This document shows positions 29,487-36,446 of a stretch of 43,417 bases of DNA, one piece after another. The DNA is taken from the NCBI GenBank assembly GCA_002714245.1, contig PAWX01000071.1:1-43417 (forward strand), written 5' to 3'. The notes beneath the pieces were generated by a model that was given only the letters and a program-made list of their open reading frames with translations, made no database searches and was not told where the DNA came from. This DNA comes from Gammaproteobacteria bacterium. GTDB lineage: Bacteria > Pseudomonadota > Gammaproteobacteria > Pseudomonadales > Litorivicinaceae. The position numbers and the translations under genes are program-made. Position 1 is the stretch's first letter. Each line of letters starts with the position of its first letter.

Positions 29487-30295
29487 TTTCTACCAAGACC
29501 GCCCTTGATCTGTTTTCCGGATCGGATATCTCCGAGCAACTCGGTCACCGCATCCCGACTCGTCTGGGCAGTGTAGGCGTATGCGCTTGGCGGGTTGTCT
29601 AGGAACTTGGTCCCGTAACCGACCGCTGCGTGAAACATCCGTATCCGACCATCGAGCCACGGACCACCGCCCATGCCCCCAATAACAGGAATACCTACAG
29701 CATCTGTTATAGCCTCACCAATCACGGGCCCGGCGTTTGTCAGATCGATCATGGCCGCACCAGCCTGCTCGCAGACCTGAGCCTCCTGAATCAACTGTTC
29801 CATCATCTCATCAGGAACAAGACTCTCCGGTTGCTGTAGGTCACCAATACTAATCCCATACTTTGAACCCGACTGGGGACTGAGACCCATCTGTGCAAAT
29901 ACAGGAACACCCGCCCGAGTCACAGCAGTAACAGCCTCAGGGAAATCGGGGGCAGCATCAATCTTTACCAGATCAGCCCCTCCCTCCTGGACGAGTCTGA
30001 TCGCGGCACGGACCGCCTCCGTGGGATCGATTTGCACGGGACCGTAGGGAATGTCTGCACACACAAGTGCATCAGGTGCACCACGCCGGACAGCCTTTAC
30101 GGCGACCAGGAAGTCGTCCAGCGTGATCTCCAGATTGTTCGAGTGGCCCCAAAGATTGACCCCAACAGAGTCACCAACGATAAGGAAGTCAGCCCCACAC
30201 TCGTGTGCGATGTGCGCAGTCGGGGCGTCCCAAACAACCAACGCGGCAGACTTCTCGCCGATTCCTTTCATGGCCTGTATCTGGTTGATGTTCAT
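29483..30295 (-). CDS. Divergent PanB-like (ketopantoate hydroxymethyltransferase-fold) enzyme
   Basis: 'VGDSVG', 'ADIPYG', 'VKID', 'MGLSPQ'; residues equivalent to PanB H136 and E181 are changed; ATG 30295 after AGGAG. Confidence 0.8.
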   Translation of the reverse strand: MNINQIQAMKGIGEKSAALVVWDAPTAHIAHECGADFLIVGDSVGVNLWGHSNNLEITLDDFLVAVKAVRRGAPDALVCADIPYGPVQIDPTEAVRAAIRLVQEGGADLVKIDAAPDFPEAVTAVTRAGVPVFAQMGLSPQSGSKYGISIGDLQQPESLVPDEMMEQLIQEAQVCEQAGAAMIDLTNAGPVIGEAITDAVGIPVIGGMGGGPWLDGRIRMFHAAVGYGTKFLDNPPSAYAYTAQTSRDAVTELLGDIRSGKQIKGGLGRK

Positions 30296-30316
30296 ACTCA
30301 CTCCTGAACCTTACAA

Positions 30317-31321
30317 TTAGCCGTAACGATCATAAAATACCTGATCCGACGGGACCCGGTAGTGGCGGACAATCTCCTGCTCTACCGCGCCGGCCATAAG
30401 TGGCGGCCCGGCGAAGTAAAGATCGACCTCATTGAGGCGCTCGTCGAGTTTTTGTTTGGCCAGTTCGTGAACGAATCCCTCAAAGACACGACCATCGTCG
30501 GTACCGGATCTATCAGTCAACGCGACCTCATAATTGATCCAGTCACCATAACTTGGCATAACCGACAAGAACTGCTCACCCGCAATATCTTCCACGGCGC
30601 GGCCACCATAATAAAAGAAAACCTGTTCTGTCGTGCGCGCGCTTGATGCGGCCTCGATGGCTCGCGCAACAGAGACCATGGGGGATAACCCGGAACCTCC
30701 AGCGATTAGCACGATATCTCTACCACGAAACCCTCGAAAATAGCCGCGACCGTAGGGTCCGATGATGTCACACTCGAGTCCCACCTCAGCGTCGTCGAAC
30801 AGAGCCGTGGTCGCGGCACCACCGGGCACTCTCTTGATTTGGAAATCCCAGACACCATCGCCTCCCCCGATGTTACACATCGAGTAAGCTCGGGACCCAG
30901 GGACACCCGGGACGTCAATCAGGGCAAACTGACCGGGCTCAAACGCCTGACTCGAGTGAGTCTCAAAACGAAACTCGGAGATGTCATGGGTAACCTCCTC
31001 TATCGCCACCAGCCGCGAACTAAAACGAGACGGGTTGTGCACAGGCTCGTACTGGTCAAACAGGCGTACCTTGATCTTTAGATCACTCTTCGGTACGCAC
31101 TGACAGGCGAGATGCCGATTCCTCTGCAGGTCTCGCTCGGTGAGGATTTCTGGCTCACCGTTAGGATACTCGATGTCCCCCGATAGCAACTCAAAACGGC
31201 AGTTTCCGCAACTCCCAGACGCGCACTCATACGGAAACCCAAGCCCCTGCTCAAGGGCCGATCGCAGCAAAAAATCGCCACCACAGCCAAAAGAAATCCC
31301 ATCTTTAATTTGTACCTTCAA
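30317..31321 (-). CDS. 2Fe-2S ferredoxin/FAD/NAD(P)H oxidoreductase (oxygenase reductase component, TmoF/XylA-like)
   Basis: CASGSCGNC...C plant-type 2Fe-2S, RAYS flavin motif, GGSGLSP, AGPP, C-terminal 'YDRYG'. Confidence 0.9.
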   Translation of the reverse strand: MKVQIKDGISFGCGGDFLLRSALEQGLGFPYECASGSCGNCRFELLSGDIEYPNGEPEILTERDLQRNRHLACQCVPKSDLKIKVRLFDQYEPVHNPSRFSSRLVAIEEVTHDISEFRFETHSSQAFEPGQFALIDVPGVPGSRAYSMCNIGGGDGVWDFQIKRVPGGAATTALFDDAEVGLECDIIGPYGRGYFRGFRGRDIVLIAGGSGLSPMVSVARAIEAASSARTTEQVFFYYGGRAVEDIAGEQFLSVMPSYGDWINYEVALTDRSGTDDGRVFEGFVHELAKQKLDERLNEVDLYFAGPPLMAGAVEQEIVRHYRVPSDQVFYDRYG

Positions 31322-31339
31322 TGCTACACTCTCCTACCC

Positions 31340-32947
31340 TTAAGACATACCATGACCCTGAAATATCAATGACTTAACAGTCACCGGCACGGTCCGTGAC
31401 GGCAGCCGGATTCGGCCTAGGTCAACAAACTCGAATTCTTTGAAGCGGAGACCGTCGAGCACCAGCAGCGGTCTCCCGATTTCATGTTCAGTCGTCAGAA
31501 TCCGCCCCACACTTTGGGCGAGATCCCGGTCGAACAACAAATAAAGCGCTGAGTCGCGGTGCTCTGTGTCCGACTCTATGTAACCAACAATGGAATCACA
31601 AAAACGCTTCAGTAGCTCATAGTCAAAATCGCCTAACCACTCAAACGCCAGAGCAAATTCTTCGTAGTCAGTTAAATCAAACTCGGTAACTGACCGTATT
31701 AACCGACACTTAAGGTCATCAGAAGTAAGATTTCCTGCGTCAACCGTCAGCCGTATCACTGGCATATTTTTCCGTGGCAACAATAGCCCGGGATCCGACA
31801 AATAACCGGTATTTCCGCTGACCTGAATATTGAACTCAGATGCTCCCAGTGCCGTCGCCCGTATCCCTCCTCGCGCAGCCTCGAATCGAATATTACTCTT
31901 CCATTCATTGAGCGCGTTCAGAAGCTGGTTACCGAGTGACTGGCCAATATCGTTGTGTCCATCAGCATCAGCATCAGCAATGTACTCGGACACGCCACCA
32001 GAGAAAATGACGGTACCGACATCGGGCGGGATCTCCAGCGGATTGGTCAGCCACCGGGCATCGGAACGCTGCTTGCCTGTGACAATGTCGAAAATGATAC
32101 TCGACAAGTGTTCGCCTAGCGCGGTGATCATCGTATCCGAAACCATATCGCCCAACCCAATCTCATGGCCGAGGTCAGACAGTACCTCGGCGGCACGTGG
32201 CTCTATCCGACTGATCTGGCCCTGTGCGTCCCAGACAAATAATCGGCCACCGACATGGAACGCCGCGGTCTGGATCAAGCTACCGTCTCGAATCAGCGCG
32301 AGCTTGGTGGTTCCCCCACCGATATCCACGTTGAGCACGCACGATGACTCTTTGCCCGATAATTCCACCGCACCTGAACCATGTGCCGCAAGATTGGACT
32401 CCATATGATGACCCGCGCTGGCGCTCAGAAAGTCTCCACCCTTGTGAGCGATCACGTGCGCTATCCCCTCCGCATTTTGGCGCCTCAATGCCTCCCCAGT
32501 CAGTAGCACGACCCCGATATCGACGTCGTGTGGCGTCACGTCAGCCTCTCGATAGGCCTGATCGATCAGCGAGCCCAGCGCCCGAGCATCGATTTCAGTG
32601 GCATCCGCGTAGGGAGTAAAGAAAATTGGTGACTGATACAACAACCGTCTGTCGACAACTACGTAGCGGGAGCTCAGTGCCTCTCCCTGCCGCTCAAGAT
32701 GAACCTGAGAAAAGACTACCTGTGTACTGCTTGAGCCGATATCGACCCCGACAGTGGACAGGAAGATATTGTCCTGCTGCCACAGCGGATTATCTTCAAG
32801 CGGACCGTCATCAAAATCGTCATCATGATCATGATCGTAGTGATGCCCCGGTACATGAGTGTGCTCATTAAAAATACCGTATTCGTGATCTGAAAGTGCG
32901 TGCCCAGCGTCGTCGGCGTCTGCACTCTTATTATTTGGCTTCGCCAA
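31340..32947 (-). CDS. eutA: EutA-like ASKHA-fold ATPase with His/Asp-rich N-terminus
   Basis: 'VGVDIGSSSTQ', 'LLTGEA', 'NVDIGGGTT', 'FSGGVSE', 'IRAT.LGA', 'VPVTVKSLIF'. Likely TTG start at 32947 (frame open to 33001). Confidence 0.82.
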   Translation of the reverse strand: MAKPNNKSADADDAGHALSDHEYGIFNEHTHVPGHHYDHDHDDDFDDGPLEDNPLWQQDNIFLSTVGVDIGSSSTQVVFSQVHLERQGEALSSRYVVVDRRLLYQSPIFFTPYADATEIDARALGSLIDQAYREADVTPHDVDIGVVLLTGEALRRQNAEGIAHVIAHKGGDFLSASAGHHMESNLAAHGSGAVELSGKESSCVLNVDIGGGTTKLALIRDGSLIQTAAFHVGGRLFVWDAQGQISRIEPRAAEVLSDLGHEIGLGDMVSDTMITALGEHLSSIIFDIVTGKQRSDARWLTNPLEIPPDVGTVIFSGGVSEYIADADADGHNDIGQSLGNQLLNALNEWKSNIRFEAARGGIRATALGASEFNIQVSGNTGYLSDPGLLLPRKNMPVIRLTVDAGNLTSDDLKCRLIRSVTEFDLTDYEEFALAFEWLGDFDYELLKRFCDSIVGYIESDTEHRDSALYLLFDRDLAQSVGRILTTEHEIGRPLLVLDGLRFKEFEFVDLGRIRLPSRTVPVTVKSLIFQGHGMS

Positions 32948-33107
32948 AGATGTTCGCCCCCATAGCAAGAATGTTTCGTTCCTATCGTCCTCTGGACACA
33001 CTTTTTCTGAGTATCATTGCTACCATCGAATCCAAGCCTGTTGAAGACATATTTTTATCTGGCGGGTGAATTTGTTCACTTCGCCATGGAGGTTTTTGAG
33101 GAATATC

Positions 33108-34226
33108 ATGAGTAAAAATGCCATCGTTTCAGACGATCTAGCAAAAAAATTCGCGAAGGAAAAGGATACCCCATACCTAAAATGGGTCCGCGATCAGGGG
33201 CTCGATATCATTGACGCTCTATACGTCAAGAATCTGAACCATGTCGAGCTCAAACCCTGGCCCCGCCGCGGTGGCTCGGGTGTATACATAAACCATGATG
33301 CGTCTCGCACGACCAATGACTGTTATGTGTGTGAGATCCCCGCCGGAAAAAAACTGGAACCCCAGAGCCAGTTATTCGAAGAAACTGTGATGATCCTGTC
33401 GGGACACGGGAAAACGACAGTCAAAAACTTTGCGGGACAGGAGGTCGAGTTCGAGTGGGGTCCCGGGGCTCTGTTCGCCATCCCGCTGAATACACTACAT
33501 CAACACTTCAACCTATCAGGATCTCAGCCGGCTCGGTATGTCGCGGTAACCAATGCGCCACCAATATTAAATACCTACGGTGACCCAGAGTTCGTCTTCA
33601 ACACCCGCCACGACTTCCCAGAGCGCTTCAGCGGTGACCCTGAGTTTTTCTCAGGCAAGGGCGAACAGAAAGGCCTGCTGTTGGAGACTAACTTTGTTCC
33701 GGACGGCGTCAATTTACCGCTGATTGAGGCAAAAGAGCGCGGCGCCGGGGGCGGCCATATCCGTTTCAATTTCGCGAAGAGTTCATTGAATAGCCACATC
33801 TCGCAGTTCCCCTTAGGTACCTACAAGAAGGCACACGCTCACGGCCCGGGCGCTCATGTGATTATTCTCAGTGGGTCCGGTTACTCTCTGATGTGGCCCG
33901 AGGGCGCCGAGCCTGAGCGCTTCGATTGGGAAGTTGGCTCGATGATCGTGCCACCTAATATGTGGTACCACCAACACTTCAACACGGGCACCACACCCGC
34001 GCGTTATCTGGCATTCAAATATGAGGGAGTCGCGATCCGAAACGCACAGGGGGTTCCCAAGGCGTGGATCAGTAAACGCATCGGCGGTCATCAGATCGAC
34101 TACGCTGATGAGACCCAAGAGGTGCGTGATCTATTTGAAAAAGCACTCGCTATGAACGGTCTATCCACTCAGATGACCGAGGCCTATGAGAGAGAACTAG
34201 AGGACCTTCCGCCAAAACCTGCATAA
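33108..34226 (+). CDS. Bicupin-domain protein (gentisate dioxygenase-like fold), function unknown
   Basis: Two cupin repeats: 'QLFEE..ILSG.G.T...HQHFN' and 'HAHGPGAH.IILSG.GYS...HQHFN'; ATG 33108 after GAGGA. Confidence 0.85.
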   Translation: MSKNAIVSDDLAKKFAKEKDTPYLKWVRDQGLDIIDALYVKNLNHVELKPWPRRGGSGVYINHDASRTTNDCYVCEIPAGKKLEPQSQLFEETVMILSGHGKTTVKNFAGQEVEFEWGPGALFAIPLNTLHQHFNLSGSQPARYVAVTNAPPILNTYGDPEFVFNTRHDFPERFSGDPEFFSGKGEQKGLLLETNFVPDGVNLPLIEAKERGAGGGHIRFNFAKSSLNSHISQFPLGTYKKAHAHGPGAHVIILSGSGYSLMWPEGAEPERFDWEVGSMIVPPNMWYHQHFNTGTTPARYLAFKYEGVAIRNAQGVPKAWISKRIGGHQIDYADETQEVRDLFEKALAMNGLSTQMTEAYERELEDLPPKPA

Positions 34227-34228
34227 AC

Positions 34229-34254
34229 AAAAAGGGCCGCAGATGCGGCCCTTT
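34229..34254. terminator. Bidirectional intrinsic terminator
   Basis: AAAGGGCCGC-AGAT-GCGGCCCTTT perfect hairpin with A/T tails, between the convergent cupin and small membrane protein genes. Confidence 0.85.
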
Positions 34255-34268
34255 CCATACATTAGGTA

Positions 34269-34463
34269 TCAACTCTTTTTCGCGACACGACCGATCAGCA
34301 AGAAAGAGACAGCAACTGCACCAAGCACGAGAAGTAAGTGCTCGCCGCTAAGCACATGCCCGACCAGCTGGGCAATCATCATGGAGCCATGGTCGCCATG
34401 AGCAAGCACTGGGGCAGCAACTGAAGAGAGGCCCGCGACGGATAGAACGCTTGTAGGTTTCAT
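34269..34463 (-). CDS. Small His-containing membrane protein resembling the HupE/UreJ N-terminus
   Basis: Signal peptide ending AxA-H, then HGDHG, 'GHVLSGEHLL' and a TM helix; GAGGT SD; followed by a terminator. Confidence 0.65.
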   Translation of the reverse strand: MKPTSVLSVAGLSSVAAPVLAHGDHGSMMIAQLVGHVLSGEHLLLVLGAVAVSFLLIGRVAKKS

Positions 34464-34712
34464 TGACTTACCTCATTCATTGTCTAAATCAGACTCGATG
34501 CAGATTAGTTCGCCAACTGCCAGCCTACCAATTTTATTCTGATTTGGTTGGCATTAACAGATTGTTTACCTGTTCCTGCTCGATCACCACACCAATGGCC
34601 GAAAATCAATAAACCCTCGACCCTCTCAGCCCCGTATGCCCAACCGACCACTGATTCCAATTTATGAACAATTACCACGATGACTAACACACAACGTCTG
34701 TACCAGCGCTAC

Positions 34713-36434
34713 CTAAACCTCATTCCCGATCCAGAGAAAACGATAGGGGGCCAGACAGAGAGGGCCGCTTCGATCAGTGACGCTGGCTCCTTCAACTAGA
34801 TCGATCCAAGCCTGATCGATAGTTAGATTCAAATTACCAACGTCTAGCATTCTCGTCTCATTAGTGACATTGAATACAGCAAAAATATTTTGTCCACGAT
34901 CCAGGCTTTGCCTCCAGAACCCAAACAAACCGGGGCCAAGATGAAGCGTCAACATTGTTGCGTTCGGATGAAAGGCCTTCTGCTTCTTCCTCACCCGGAT
35001 AAGCGCGAGGAGCCTCGTTAGCACACGACTGTGCCGAGAATCTCCATTAGCCAGATGCGATTCCAGTTGTTCTTGGTCCCAAACGTGTCTATTGATCGAG
35101 CGCAGGTTGCCGGTATTTTCGACCCGTGAAAGATCATTCTCTGTCGCCACAAGGCTGTGTACATAGATCGCCGGGATACCCTCCAGCGCCAGTAATATGG
35201 CGTGCGCACAGATGAAACGATGAAACTGATACTTATCCTTACCCTGCTCAACCGTCCCAGCCAGCGCGTCCCAGAGCGAAATATTGATCTCGTAGGGCTG
35301 CGCATCACTCGCTTGCGTGGCCCGGTAGCTCAATCGACCACCAAATCCTACCATGGTGTCGGTCAGTCTCTTAAGTTCGGTAGCCGACAGGAGACCTTCT
35401 ACAGGCCTGAGACCTATCCCATCGTGAGACGCCAAAAAATTAAAATATGCGGTCCCCATCCGGGCCGGTGGCATCGTCATCATCCACCGCTTGAGCTGAG
35501 AATAGTCACCGGTAATCAAGGTATTCAGCAAAAGCGGTGGCAACGAAAAATTATAGATCAGATGAGCCTCGTCCTGGTCCCCGAAATAACTCAAATTCTC
35601 AATATTTGGAATATTTGTCTCCGTGATTACTACTGATTTTTTTGATTTATTTTCAACAAGTAGTCGGATTAATTTAATAACAGTATGAGTTTTTGGAAGA
35701 TTGATACATGAAGTACCCAGCTCTTTCCAGACAAAACCAACTGCGTCCAGCCTGAACCAAGAAATTCCCTTCTCCAAATATCGGTGAATAATTTTCAGGA
35801 ACTCCAATAAAACCATTGGATTTTTAAAGTTGAGGTCAACCTGATCGTGGCTAAACGTGCACCAAACCAGAATCTCTCCAAGATCCGTACGGGTCGGCCT
35901 AAGAAGTTCTGATGTACGCGGCCTGACAACCTGATCAATCGCCGCATCAGGTACCACTGTAATAAAGAAATCTTTTCCGGGATCCCTCCCCTTCTTAAAA
36001 TTTTCAAACCACAGACTACGTGTCGAGCAATGGTTCAAGACAAGGTCTCCCATAATCTTGAAGTGCTCCCCGACGGCCTCGAGTTGACCCCAATTACCAT
36101 GGCTCGGATTCACGCTTGAGTAGTCAATCACGCTGAAACCGTCGTCGGAACTGTACGGAAAGAACGGTAAAATATGTACAACCGAAAAGATTTCTTTCAG
36201 GTGACGATCGACAAACTGCTTGAGCGTCTCTAGCGGGGTTCTGGACGCCGAGGTGATGCTGTCGGCATAGGTAATCAATACGATATCGTCACTGTTCCAG
36301 AGCGCCGCATTAGAATCGGATAGCAACATACTCCCGTCGATGTCCATCGCCTCGAGGCATTGATCGGTCAATGCTAAGATATCGTGGTCAGGGTACAGTT
36401 CCGCGAGATGCGCGGTTACATTTTGAACCAGCAA
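34713..36434 (-). CDS. Glucosylglycerate phosphorylase (GH13_18 sucrose phosphorylase family)
   Basis: 'SSDDGF', 'WCTFS.DQ.DL', nucleophile RLDAV, acid/base ITETN, 'ASHDGIG', 'PYEIN'; ETN and YEIN are glucosylglycerate-type signatures. Confidence 0.85.
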   Translation of the reverse strand: MLVQNVTAHLAELYPDHDILALTDQCLEAMDIDGSMLLSDSNAALWNSDDIVLITYADSITSASRTPLETLKQFVDRHLKEIFSVVHILPFFPYSSDDGFSVIDYSSVNPSHGNWGQLEAVGEHFKIMGDLVLNHCSTRSLWFENFKKGRDPGKDFFITVVPDAAIDQVVRPRTSELLRPTRTDLGEILVWCTFSHDQVDLNFKNPMVLLEFLKIIHRYLEKGISWFRLDAVGFVWKELGTSCINLPKTHTVIKLIRLLVENKSKKSVVITETNIPNIENLSYFGDQDEAHLIYNFSLPPLLLNTLITGDYSQLKRWMMTMPPARMGTAYFNFLASHDGIGLRPVEGLLSATELKRLTDTMVGFGGRLSYRATQASDAQPYEINISLWDALAGTVEQGKDKYQFHRFICAHAILLALEGIPAIYVHSLVATENDLSRVENTGNLRSINRHVWDQEQLESHLANGDSRHSRVLTRLLALIRVRKKQKAFHPNATMLTLHLGPGLFGFWRQSLDRGQNIFAVFNVTNETRMLDVGNLNLTIDQAWIDLVEGASVTDRSGPLCLAPYRFLWIGNEV

Positions 36435-36446
36435 TGAATCCCTCTC

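Noticed and set aside
29483-30295. Calling this a pantothenate biosynthesis panB
   Set aside because: The catalytic Glu and His equivalents are substituted, no panC is present, and the context is catabolic.
31955-31982. Short (CATCAG)n repeat
   Set aside because: An in-frame hexamer encoding ADADAD within the eutA-like gene; too short to suggest phase variation.
31830-32408. 192-aa plus-strand ORF
   Set aside because: Antisense to the eutA-like gene; a typical shadow ORF in higher-GC DNA.
31340-34226. Reading this as an ethanolamine utilisation (eut) locus
   Set aside because: No eutB/eutC, microcompartment shell, aldehyde dehydrogenase or ethanolamine permease gene in the window.
34505-34690. 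61-aa ORF, and a search for a metal riboswitch or sigma54 site upstream of the mini-HupE gene
   Set aside because: No motif or SD; no cobalamin or NiCo riboswitch consensus recognised; the GG/GC spacing is 11, not 10.
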